From Candidatus Krumholzibacteriia bacterium (lineage in GTDB: Bacteria > Krumholzibacteriota > Krumholzibacteriia > JAJRXK01): 64,000 bases of DNA. Made by a program: the position numbers and the translations under genes. The notes under the pieces are model-generated. The model did not search any database, was not told the origin of the DNA, and saw only the letters and a program-made list of their open reading frames with translations. The stretch covers positions 576,001-640,000 of the forward strand of contig JBGPIA010000002.1 of NCBI GenBank assembly GCA_041484665.1, given 5' to 3'. Positions 29,865-38,457 of this stretch are shown here, piece by piece (positions within the stretch are counted from its first letter, which is position 1; each line of letters opens with the position of its first letter).

Positions 29865-31420
29865 GCCGCCCCTCCCTGCCGGTCGCGTCGCACCGCGGCG
29901 GCTGCGCCGCCCGCGGCGCGCCCGCGCAGGCTCGCCCAGCCTGCGCGGGCCGCGGCGCGATCGTCCCAGGGCAGCTTCTGGCTTCCAACGATCTGGTACG
30001 TCTCGTGCCCCTTGCCGGCGACCAGCACCACGTCCTGGGGGGAGGCCTCGGCCAGCGCGGCGGCGATCGCCTCGCCGCGGTCGGGGATGGTGCGCGCGCG
30101 GTCGAGGGCTCCGGCAGCGATGAAGCCGCGCTCGGCGTCCTGGAAGATGCGCTGCGGATCCTCGGTGCGCGGGTTGTCCAGGGTGAGGATCGCGAGGTCG
30201 GCAGCGGCAGCCGCCGCTTCGGCCATCAGGGGCCGCTTGCCGCGATCGCGGTCGCCGCCGCATCCGAAGACCAGCAGCAAACGACCGCGCGTGAGAGCGC
30301 GCGCGGCGGCCAGCGCCTTCGCCATGCCATCGGGCGTGTGCGCATAGTCCACCAGAACGAGCGGTCCGCCCTCCAGCGCGACGGGCTCCATGCGCCCCGC
30401 GACGACGCGGGCGGCCTCCAGTCCGGCCGCGATCGCCTCGGGGGACAGTCCGAGGGCGTGCGCGATCCCGGCGCACAGCAGCAGGTTCTCCGCGTTGTAG
30501 GGCCCCAGCAGCCTGCAGCGCGCCTCCACCTCGCGTCCGGCGAGGTCCAGGCGCAGCTGCGTGCCCTCCCGGTCGTAGCGCGCGTGGAGGAGACGCACCG
30601 TCGCCCCGCCGCGGCGCCCCACTGTCACAGCATCCTTGGGCCAGGCCGCACCGCCCAGGATGGGATCGTCGCCGTTGACCACCACGCGGCCGGGAGGCTT
30701 GCGCCGGCGTGGCCCCGCGAGCCGATCGAGCAGCCTGAGCTTGGCCGCCAAGTAGGCGTCAGGACTGGCGTGGTAGTCGAGGTGCTCGCGCGTGACGTTG
30801 CTGAACGCGGCCACATCCACCTCGCAGCGGCCCAGTCGCTCCTGATCGAGCGCGTGGCTGCTGGCCTCGAACGCACAAGCGGAGAGCCCTACGTCGCGCA
30901 TCTCCGCCAGCAACGCGAAGAAGGCCACGGCGTCGGGGGTCGTGAGCGCGGCCCGCAGCGACTGAGCGCCAGTCTCGTAGGCGATCGTGCCAATGAGCCC
31001 GCAACGCCGGCCAGCGCTCTCGAGCACGTCGCGCACCAGATGCGTGGTGGTCGTCTTTCCGTTGGTCCCCGTGACCGCGACCAGCGTCAGCGCGGAATCG
31101 GGCTGGCCGTGGAAGGCGCGCGCCAGATCGCCCAGCGCGCGCCGCGGCTCGTGCACCGCGTAGCACGCGGCGGCAGGCGCCTGCGGCAGCGCGACGCGCT
31201 CGCCTTCCTGCACGATCACCGCGGCCGCACCCCGGGCCAGCGCGTCGGGCACGAAGGCGTGCCCGTTGGCGATCGTGCCGCGGATCGCCACGAAGCACTC
31301 CCCGGGCTGGACCTGTCGGCTGTCGCTGGTGATGCCGGTCAGCTCGGCGTCCGCCGGCCCCGCCGCGTGCCGGCACTCGATGCCCGTCAGCAGGGTAGAC
31401 AGCGCGCGCTGCGTCCTCAC
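29861..31420 (-). CDS. murE: UDP-MurNAc-dipeptide--meso-DAP ligase
   Basis: TGTNGKTTT, EASSH, DYAHTPD, FGCGGDRD, DNPR (meso-DAP-type motif), AGKGHE. Confidence 0.98.
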   Translation of the reverse strand: MRTQRALSTLLTGIECRHAAGPADAELTGITSDSRQVQPGECFVAIRGTIANGHAFVPDALARGAAAVIVQEGERVALPQAPAAACYAVHEPRRALGDLARAFHGQPDSALTLVAVTGTNGKTTTTHLVRDVLESAGRRCGLIGTIAYETGAQSLRAALTTPDAVAFFALLAEMRDVGLSACAFEASSHALDQERLGRCEVDVAAFSNVTREHLDYHASPDAYLAAKLRLLDRLAGPRRRKPPGRVVVNGDDPILGGAAWPKDAVTVGRRGGATVRLLHARYDREGTQLRLDLAGREVEARCRLLGPYNAENLLLCAGIAHALGLSPEAIAAGLEAARVVAGRMEPVALEGGPLVLVDYAHTPDGMAKALAAARALTRGRLLLVFGCGGDRDRGKRPLMAEAAAAAADLAILTLDNPRTEDPQRIFQDAERGFIAAGALDRARTIPDRGEAIAAALAEASPQDVVLVAGKGHETYQIVGSQKLPWDDRAAARAGWASLRGRAAGGAAAAVRRDRQGGAA

Positions 31421-33363
31421 GGCTGGCCCTCCCTCCGCCAGGCCACCTGGACCAGCGCGCCTTGGGCGAGGCGCGCACCCGGCCTCGGAAGCTGGCTGAT
31501 CGCGCGCAGCATGCTGCCCTGCGGCAGCGGCTCGACGCGCAGCCCCTGCGCTTGGGCCAGCGCCAGCACCTCCGGCGCGCTGTGGCCACGCAGGTCGGGC
31601 ACGATTCGCTCGGCGACCGCAGGCGCCGGCTGCGGCCTGGATGGCTCGGCGGGCGGGACCCCCTCGGCATCCAGCCATTCGGTGCTCGCGAACACCTTGG
31701 AGATCACGCGGGCGTAGCACGGGGCGGCGGTCGTCCCGCCCCACCGCAGGGGCACGCGTGGGCGGTGCACCACGATGGCGCACAGCATGCGCGGGTCGTC
31801 GACCGGCGTGAAGCCCACGAAGCTCGCCGTGTAGGCGCCATCGAGGTAGCCGTGAGGACCGCTCATCTGGGCAGTGCCGGTCTTGCCGCCGATGGACAAC
31901 CCCTCGACGCGCGCGGTGTGTCCGGTGCCGTAGTCGTCCTCGACCACGCCATGGCAGAGGGCGCGCAGCGTGGCGATTACCTCGGGGGAAACGATGCGCT
32001 CGCGGACGACTGCGGTCGGCAGCGGCCGGGGGCGGCCCTGCTCGTCGACGAACGCCGCGATCAGGCGGGGCGTGCGCAGCGTTCCGTCGGTGATCAGCGC
32101 CGCGTAGCCGGCCGCCAGCTGCAGCATCGTCAGCGAGATCTCCTGCCCGATCGCAAGCGTCGGCAGCGAGCGCTTGGACCACTGGCGCAGCGGAGTGAGC
32201 AGGCCGTTGCTCTCGCCCGGCAGCCCGCTCCCCGTGCGGACCCCCAGGCCGAAGCGCTTCAGATCGGCGTGGAAGTCCTCGGGGCGCAGCAGGATCGCCG
32301 CCTTGGCCGCGATGATGTTGCTGCTCACCTCGAAGGCGTGGCGCACCGAGATCACACCCACCGGATGCACGTCGTGGATGCGGAAGCCGCCGAAGTCGGC
32401 GACCCCCTTGCCGGTGACCGGATCGCGCTCGCCATTGAAGAACTGGCCCGTGTCGCACAGCGCGCGCGAGAGCAGCGATGCGTACGTGAACATCTTGAAC
32501 GTGCTGCCCGGCTCGAACGCGTCCTCCGCCGCCGGATTGCGCCACTGGAACCCGGGCAGCGGTCGCTCGTCGCGGTCGGGTAGGCCCGGAGCGGAGGCCA
32601 TCGCCAGGATCTCCCCTGTCCAGGGCTCCAGCACGATGCCCAGCGCCTGCTCGGCGCCGGACTCCGCGAGCGCCAGCTCCAGCTCCTCCTCGAGGATCAT
32701 CTGGACACGGTAGTCTAGCGTGAGTACGACGTCGGTGCCGTTGACGGGCGGCAGCAGGGTGGTCTTGATGAGGGGGCGCCCGTAGCCGCCGTCGAAGCGG
32801 GCGAGCTCGCGGCCCGGCTTCCCGGCCAGCACGGCGTCGCACATCAGCTCCACGCCCGCGTCCCCCCGCCCGCCCTGGTTCACCCGTCCCAGGACCTGTC
32901 CGGCCAACCGGCCCATCGGGTAGGTGCGATGCTGGACCAGCTCCAGGGAAAGCCCCTGCACGCGCCGCAGGCTATCGATGGCGATCGGGGAGAGTGCCGC
33001 CTCCCGGCTGACGTAGGTGTGGCCGTCGTGGCCCTCCAGCTTCGCGCGCAGCTGCTCCTGCGACAGGTGCAACGCGGCCGACAGCTCCGCCAGCTTGCGC
33101 GGATCAAGCCACGCCTTTGGATCGGTCACGCCGACCTTGGCGCGCAGATCGGTGATCGCCAGCGGATAGCTCTGCCGGTCCAGGAGCGCGCCGCGTCGCG
33201 GCGTGACCTCCCGCTCCGCGCTACTGAGCCGGACGCCGTGCTGCTGCCATACGCGGTGCTCGCCGATCTGCAATACCGCCAGCCGGCCGACCAGCGCCGC
33301 CAGGCCCAGGCTCACGGCCACGGCGAACCCACGGAAGCGGCGGCGCGGATAGCGGTCGATCAC
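31417..33363 (-). CDS. ftsI: Penicillin-binding protein FtsI (class B) with C-terminal PASTA domain
   Basis: RRGALLDR, EPGSTFK (SxxK), SSN, KTGT, VPDLRG (PASTA). Confidence 0.96.
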   Translation of the reverse strand: MIDRYPRRRFRGFAVAVSLGLAALVGRLAVLQIGEHRVWQQHGVRLSSAEREVTPRRGALLDRQSYPLAITDLRAKVGVTDPKAWLDPRKLAELSAALHLSQEQLRAKLEGHDGHTYVSREAALSPIAIDSLRRVQGLSLELVQHRTYPMGRLAGQVLGRVNQGGRGDAGVELMCDAVLAGKPGRELARFDGGYGRPLIKTTLLPPVNGTDVVLTLDYRVQMILEEELELALAESGAEQALGIVLEPWTGEILAMASAPGLPDRDERPLPGFQWRNPAAEDAFEPGSTFKMFTYASLLSRALCDTGQFFNGERDPVTGKGVADFGGFRIHDVHPVGVISVRHAFEVSSNIIAAKAAILLRPEDFHADLKRFGLGVRTGSGLPGESNGLLTPLRQWSKRSLPTLAIGQEISLTMLQLAAGYAALITDGTLRTPRLIAAFVDEQGRPRPLPTAVVRERIVSPEVIATLRALCHGVVEDDYGTGHTARVEGLSIGGKTGTAQMSGPHGYLDGAYTASFVGFTPVDDPRMLCAIVVHRPRVPLRWGGTTAAPCYARVISKVFASTEWLDAEGVPPAEPSRPQPAPAVAERIVPDLRGHSAPEVLALAQAQGLRVEPLPQGSMLRAISQLPRPGARLAQGALVQVAWRREGQP

Positions 33364-33803
33364 GGCGCGATCTCCCCGGCGACCGCCTCCTTGATGCGCC
33401 CGTAACTCCGCAGCGTCTCCACGATCCGATCGAGCACCTGCTGCGACCGCGGCGGCGCCACAGGAGCGGGCGCCACGTGCAGGGCGATGACCTCTTTCGG
33501 CTGGGCCGCCACGTCGACCATCCCCAGCTCCAACCGCGCGCGGGTCACGATCCGCTCACGAGAGGTCTGCTCCAGCCACTCCGTGCGCAGGCGGCGCAGC
33601 TCGTCCGCCTGGTAGGACCGTTGCTGCAGCAGCCGCGTCTGCCGCCGCTGTGCCTGCTCCACCTCGTTGGCGCCCCAGGACATGGCGAACAGCACCGCGA
33701 TGCCCGCGGCCAGCAGCACGGCAGGAAGCACCGCGCGGCGGGTACGCTGGCGGCGGCGCTGCTTGGCCTGCTCTCGCGCGCGGCGGTCCAGCTGCAGGTT
33801 CAT
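33360..33803 (-). CDS. ftsL: Cell division protein FtsL
   Basis: Basic N-terminus, TM, coiled coil, ERIVTRARLELGM; position between rsmH and ftsI. Confidence 0.85.
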   Translation of the reverse strand: MNLQLDRRAREQAKQRRRQRTRRAVLPAVLLAAGIAVLFAMSWGANEVEQAQRRQTRLLQQRSYQADELRRLRTEWLEQTSRERIVTRARLELGMVDVAAQPKEVIALHVAPAPVAPPRSQQVLDRIVETLRSYGRIKEAVAGEIAP

Positions 33804-34720
33804 GGGATCCGCTCCCCCGCCCGCAGCCTCGCCGAGCGTGCCCGCGGGTTGCGGTGGATCTCGTCGGCCCCGGGACGCACCGGACGCCGCGTCAACACGC
33901 GCAGGCGCGGCGCGCGCGCCTGCGGGGCCGGCAGGTGGCGGCTGCCCTCTACCTTGCCGCTCTCCAGCGACAGCAGCCGCTTCACCCGCCGGTCCTCGAG
34001 ACTGTGGTAAGACACCGCGACGAAGCGCCCGCCCGCCCTGAGCCGGTCGGCCACCTGCCCCAGGGCAGAATCGAGCTGCTCCAGCTCGCCGTTCACCATG
34101 ATGCGCAGTGCCTGGAACACACGCGCCAGCTCCGGCTCCGGCCGCTCCCCCCGCGGCAGGCAGGCCTCCACCGCCGCGCGGGCGTGCGCCGTCGTGCGCA
34201 GCTGCCCTGCTCGCGCCCGGCCGGTCAGCTCCCGCGCGATGCGCGCGGCGCGGCGCACCTCGCCCAGATCACGCAACCAGCCCTCGACCACCGGGCGCTC
34301 GGACGCGGACAACAGCTCCCAGGCCGGGCGCCCTGTGCTGCGGTCGAAGCGCAGATCGAGCGGGCCCTCGAGCCGGAACGCGAAGCCACGCTGCGGATCG
34401 TCGAGCTGGTCGCTGGACATCCCCAGGTCCATGCAGATGCCGTCGACGGCGGGCACACGCAGCAAGTCGAGCGTCTCGCCGAAGCGCGCGAAGTCCTGCT
34501 GGAGCGCGTTGAAGGCCGCCCCATGCGCGTGCAGGCGCGCGCGGGCGCGCTCCAGGGCAGCGGCGTCACGATCGAGCGCAATCACGCGGCACCCCCTCTC
34601 CAGCAGCGCGGAGGAGTAGCCCCCTCCACCCAGCGTCAGATCCAACAGCACCTTCTCCGGGCCGGGTCGCAGCAGCTCGAGCGCTTCCTGCAGCAGAACC
34701 GGCTGGTGCCGCGTGTCCAC
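33800..34720 (-). CDS. rsmH: 16S rRNA C1402 N4-methyltransferase
   Basis: HQPVLLQE, DLTLGGGG, DLGMSSDQLD, SYHSLEDRRVK, NPRARSARLR. Confidence 0.98.
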   Translation of the reverse strand: MDTRHQPVLLQEALELLRPGPEKVLLDLTLGGGGYSSALLERGCRVIALDRDAAALERARARLHAHGAAFNALQQDFARFGETLDLLRVPAVDGICMDLGMSSDQLDDPQRGFAFRLEGPLDLRFDRSTGRPAWELLSASERPVVEGWLRDLGEVRRAARIARELTGRARAGQLRTTAHARAAVEACLPRGERPEPELARVFQALRIMVNGELEQLDSALGQVADRLRAGGRFVAVSYHSLEDRRVKRLLSLESGKVEGSRHLPAPQARAPRLRVLTRRPVRPGADEIHRNPRARSARLRAGERIP

Positions 34721-34726
34721 GCCGTA

Positions 34727-35206
34727 TCAGTGGACCGGCGCGCTCCAGGCCTCCAGTCGGCCGCGCGCGGTCCCCGAGGTCTGCCCGGCCACGGCGCGAA
34801 GCGCCCGCTGGGCGGACTGGAAATCGGGCAGCACCGGGAGCCCTTCGGTGCCGCATGCGAGGTTCAGGAGTGCGACGAGATACGGCGACGGACGGACCCA
34901 CACAGTGACGGCGGCGATTTGCCGCCAGGCGCGCTCGCGATCCAGCAGCTCGGCGGCGACCGACAGCGGGATATGCGCGAGCGCGGAGGCATCCAGCAGC
35001 ACGAAGGTGGTTGCGTCGCTGCGGCAGGCGCGCCGCACGGCCAGGTCGAGCTGGTCGAGGCTGGCGCGCGAGAGCACGCCCGTGAGCTTCACATGGATCG
35101 CTCCGGCGCTGCCGTGCGCCAGGAGGAAACCGCCCCACGGGCCCCCGGCAACCGGACGGCCGGCCAACGGCGCGACGGTGGGGGGATTCGACCGGGGATC
35201 TCGCAT
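34727..35206 (-). CDS. Divergent STAS-like domain protein
   Basis: Fills the mraZ-rsmH gap with a GAGG RBS. Pattern VKLTGVL..helix..VLLDASALAHI..helix..VWVRPSPYLVALLNL..LPVLPDFQSA matches STAS topology by eye. Confidence 0.65.
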   Translation of the reverse strand: MRDPRSNPPTVAPLAGRPVAGGPWGGFLLAHGSAGAIHVKLTGVLSRASLDQLDLAVRRACRSDATTFVLLDASALAHIPLSVAAELLDRERAWRQIAAVTVWVRPSPYLVALLNLACGTEGLPVLPDFQSAQRALRAVAGQTSGTARGRLEAWSAPVH

Positions 35207-35235
35207 TGGCCTCGCCTCTGCGGCCGCGCGCCGGC

Positions 35236-35715
35236 TCAGTAGAGGATGTCCTCTACGTCGGACGCGTCGACCGTGTGCTGCTTCTCGTAGTCGAAGAATC
35301 GATCGGGGTTCCAGAGCTCGATCACGCGGTCAACGCCCAGCGCGATCACGTCGCGCTCGATCTCGGCCGCCTCGAGCAGTCCTTGCGGGATGGTCATCCG
35401 CCCCTTCTCATCGAGCGGTGCGGAATCGCCCTGGCCGAAGATGCCGCGGCGCCAGGCGCGCAGCGTGTCCCGCTTGACGGCGGGGCCAGGCTGGGCACGC
35501 CGCATCCGGTCCTGCCATTCGGGGTTCGGCAGCACCTCGATGTACTGCTCGGGGCCCACCAGCAGCACGACCTCCTCCGTAGAGCCATCGGGAAGTGCAC
35601 GCCGGAAGGCCGACGGAAGGGTCAGGCGGCCCTTCTCGTCGATCTTCAGCCGGTAGCGGCCGAAGAAGTAGCAGGACGCGACCCCATGGGCGGGAGCGGG
35701 CTCGGGCTCGGTCAT
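35236..35715 (-). CDS. mraZ: Division/cell wall cluster transcriptional regulator MraZ
   Basis: Two DxxxR motifs (IDEKGRLTLP, LDEKGRMTIP), GVDRVIELW. Confidence 0.95.
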   Translation of the reverse strand: MTEPEPAPAHGVASCYFFGRYRLKIDEKGRLTLPSAFRRALPDGSTEEVVLLVGPEQYIEVLPNPEWQDRMRRAQPGPAVKRDTLRAWRRGIFGQGDSAPLDEKGRMTIPQGLLEAAEIERDVIALGVDRVIELWNPDRFFDYEKQHTVDASDVEDILY

Positions 35716-35736
35716 CGCTACGGACCTTTATCGACT

Positions 35737-35761
35737 TAACTTGTTTTTTTAAACCAAGTTA
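35737..35761. promoter_or_regulatory. AT-rich inverted repeat (possible IHF-like or regulator site) upstream of mraZ
   Basis: TAACTTG-N11-CAAGTTA. Confidence 0.45.
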
Positions 35762-35767
35762 TACTTA

Positions 35768-35807
35768 ATTTCCCTCTTAGGACCACTAAAGCCCTCTAAG
35801 GACCTGC
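35768..35807 (-). promoter_or_regulatory. Putative MraZ operator: four direct repeats with 10-bp period
   Basis: Minus strand gcAGGtcctt AGAGGgcttt AGTGGtccta AGAGGgaaat. Confidence 0.7.
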
Positions 35808-35875
35808 AGTTTCCATGGCGTGGGTGTGGCTGTAAAGCGGAAAGCCCCCCTGCGTGTCAGGTAGCGCGAGAAAAT

Positions 35876-35884
35876 TGGGGATAA
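35876..35884 (-). promoter_or_regulatory. DnaA-box-like site
   Basis: TTATCCCCA, one mismatch to TTATCCACA, upstream of the dcw promoter region. Confidence 0.4.
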
Positions 35885-35929
35885 CTTCGAGGAGGTGAGC
35901 GCGGCGCGGGCGGGCGCGCGCGGCGCCGG

Positions 35930-37447
35930 TCAGTGCGCCGGCTCGAGGCGATACAGCGTGTAGGCGATGGGCCCCGGGCGCGAGAGGCCGCGGTTGGCCA
36001 CCGTTTCGTGCAGCACCGGAACGGCGCGCCGGTTCCCCAGCGGCGCCGCCACCAGCGCGTCCGGCGCGGCGGACCAATCCACCAGGTAGTCGGCGCGGCC
36101 AAGTTGCAGAAACAGCCCGCGCTCGACGATCTCGCGGTCGTCGACCTGGTCACGCAGCTGCTCCATGCGCGGGTCCACCAGCCCCCCGAGGTCGAGGATC
36201 GTCCGGTCGCTCCGGTATCCCACCAGCCCGATGTCGTAGATGGCCACCACGGCGTCGGGCGGCGTGTTGGTGCGCAGCCAGCGTGCGATGCCACCCAGCC
36301 CCTGCTCCCAGCTGCGCGAGAACGCCGCCGCGCTGGGCGCAACGATCGCGAGCGTGAGCGTCAGCCCAGCGGCGGCCTGCGCGGCCCACAGCGCGGCCAG
36401 CCCCCTCCCCCACCGGTGGCCACCGGCCCGCGCACGCCGCCGTGCCGCCGCGCCACTCAGCAGTACGATCGCCGGCAGCACGATCTCGAGGTAACGGCTC
36501 ACGACCTGCACGTCACGCACGAGGTAGCCCGCCGGCAGCAGCACGATCCACACGAGCAGCAGCGGCTGCAGCCAGCTCTGTGCGGCCAGCGTCCGCCAGC
36601 GGCGCGGGAGCGCGGCCAGCTCAGGGAGCAGCATGGCGCAGGGCAACAGCGCCGCCGTTCCCAGCAGCTTCGCCAGAACCCACGCGTTGCCCGCAAGGCG
36701 CGCCGGCTGCAGCCCCAGTGGCGTCGACTTCGCCTGCACGGTCAGCGGCCAGATGCGGCCAAGCTGCGGCAGCGCGTAGGCCGACCAGACCGCCATCGGC
36801 AGCAGCAGCCCGATCCAGAAGCCGGGCCGGCGGCGCGCGGCGGGAGTGGCCAGCGCGGCCGCGCCGGTCAACGCGGCCAGCACGACCAGCTCAGGGCGCA
36901 CCAGCGGTGCGCACCCCAGCGTCCAGCCCAACGCCGTCCAGCGTACCTGCGCGGCCGGCCGCAGCGCGCAGTGCATCGCGGCCACCACCACCAGCGCAGC
37001 CAGTCCGGTCTCGAGCCCCGATCCCGACCAGCGCACGAGCCACGGCTCGGTCGCAGCCACGGCGATGACCAAAAGCGTCCAGGTCCGGTCGCGTAGCTGC
37101 GCGGCGGCCACCCGCGCAAGCGTCACCACCGCCACCCCACCCGCGATCCAGCCTAGCGCCTTGAGCACCCAGAACGGCTCCAGCCCCAGCCGCGCGCCGG
37201 CGGCGCCCAGAGCCGCCCACAGCGGGCTGGTGGCCGCGTGCACGGGGTGGCCGGGATTGAACGCCAGCTCGCCGTGGCGGGCGAGATTGCGCGCGAAGCG
37301 CGCGTAGATGAACGTGTCGTCGGTGATATAGCGGAAGTAGAGCGGGGCCTGCGCCGCATACGCCGCCAGCGCGAGCAAACCCGCCGCGCGCGGGCGCAAT
37401 CCGACGTCGCCCGTGGGCGGCCCACCGCGTCCGGCCGCGCCCGTCAC
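35930..37447 (-). CDS. Polytopic membrane glycosyltransferase, GT-C type (AftB-like N-terminal motif)
   Basis: ITDDTFIYARFARNLA..G.L.FNPG..V...TSPLW, SGLET, VRPE, DIGLVGY...ILDLGGLVD. Confidence 0.75.
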   Translation of the reverse strand: MTGAAGRGGPPTGDVGLRPRAAGLLALAAYAAQAPLYFRYITDDTFIYARFARNLARHGELAFNPGHPVHAATSPLWAALGAAGARLGLEPFWVLKALGWIAGGVAVVTLARVAAAQLRDRTWTLLVIAVAATEPWLVRWSGSGLETGLAALVVVAAMHCALRPAAQVRWTALGWTLGCAPLVRPELVVLAALTGAAALATPAARRRPGFWIGLLLPMAVWSAYALPQLGRIWPLTVQAKSTPLGLQPARLAGNAWVLAKLLGTAALLPCAMLLPELAALPRRWRTLAAQSWLQPLLLVWIVLLPAGYLVRDVQVVSRYLEIVLPAIVLLSGAAARRRARAGGHRWGRGLAALWAAQAAAGLTLTLAIVAPSAAAFSRSWEQGLGGIARWLRTNTPPDAVVAIYDIGLVGYRSDRTILDLGGLVDPRMEQLRDQVDDREIVERGLFLQLGRADYLVDWSAAPDALVAAPLGNRRAVPVLHETVANRGLSRPGPIAYTLYRLEPAH

Positions 37448-38457
37448 CACGCCGCGCCTGCCGGGCGCCGCCGCAGCAGCCGCAGCGGCGCCGGCTCGTC
37501 CACCAGCAGCCAGCGCACGACCGGGCGCGCGCCGAGCAGGCGCTTGTACTCGGCCACGCCGGAGAGCCCCAGGCTGCTGCCCAGATTGATCCTGCGCAGG
37601 CCGCGCGCGGCGGCCCAGCGCGCCTCTTCCTTGATCAGCAGCGCAGAGGGAAAGACATCGTCGGCACGTGCGGTCGTGCCGATCCAGGCGAACAGCTCGT
37701 CGCCCATGCGCAGGCAGAGGTGCGCGCCCAGCAGCTCGTCACCGCGCCGGGCGGCGAACAGGACGGCGTCCTGCTCCTCGGCCAGCACCGCCGCCAGGAA
37801 TGGAAGCGGCTCGGCCGCGACCCCCCAGCGTCGCGCCATTGCGCGATAGAGCGGCGCGAAACGCACCAGCAGGTCCGGGTCACGGCTGGCTTCCACGCGC
37901 AGCCCGCGCCGTTCGCTGCGGTTGCACTCGTTGCGGCGGTTCTTGGGGAAGACGTCGCTCCAGAAGCGCTCGAAGCCGTCCACGAGGTCGAGGCATCCCG
38001 ACTCGATGGCGGCCAGCCGGCCCGCCCCCCCTCGCGGGGGCTCGGAAGAGCGCCACACCAGCTCGCGCCGCAGGACACGCGCGCCACCCGCGCGTAGGAA
38101 GGCTGCCAAGAGCAGCGCCTCGGCCTGCGGCACATCCGCGCGGACCACCGGCCCACCGTAGGTGCCCCCGATGCCGCTGGCCAGCGCGCAGAGCCAAAGC
38201 CGCCGCACCCGCACCAGGGGCAGACCACCGCACAGCCTGCCGCGCGCGTCGCGCGCCTCCAGCCAGTGGGCCGAGCAGCGGGCGTGGTGCCGCGCGTACC
38301 GCAGCGTCCAGTGCGGGCGCTGGAACAGATGGGAGCGCGGGTCGCCGGCGAGCAGCTCGTCCCACTCGCCCAAATCCACGGCATCGAGCTGCCGCAGCTG
38401 CAGCGCTTGCGCCAGCGTGGCTTGCGGCGCCGACGGCCGCTGCCGCCCATCGCTCAA
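37444..38457 (-). CDS. GNAT/FemAB-like N-acyltransferase
   Basis: WDELL...HLFQRPHW, TYGGPV, KNRRNECNRSERRGL, INLGSS, YKRLLGA. Confidence 0.8.
   Translation of the reverse strand: MSDGRQRPSAPQATLAQALQLRQLDAVDLGEWDELLAGDPRSHLFQRPHWTLRYARHHARCSAHWLEARDARGRLCGGLPLVRVRRLWLCALASGIGGTYGGPVVRADVPQAEALLLAAFLRAGGARVLRRELVWRSSEPPRGGAGRLAAIESGCLDLVDGFERFWSDVFPKNRRNECNRSERRGLRVEASRDPDLLVRFAPLYRAMARRWGVAAEPLPFLAAVLAEEQDAVLFAARRGDELLGAHLCLRMGDELFAWIGTTARADDVFPSALLIKEEARWAAARGLRRINLGSSLGLSGVAEYKRLLGARPVVRWLLVDEPAPLRLLRRRPAGAAW

Noticed and set aside
22134..32842. Apparent giant or fused Mur ORFs in the ORF track (905, 835, 681, 993 aa)
   Set aside because: Open-frame extensions into upstream genes; real starts are marked by ATGA/GTGA overlaps or an RBS.
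35720..35890. Replication origin (AT-rich patch with a DnaA-like box)
   Set aside because: Only one imperfect box in a short region, no dnaA or gidA context; better explained as the mraZ promoter.
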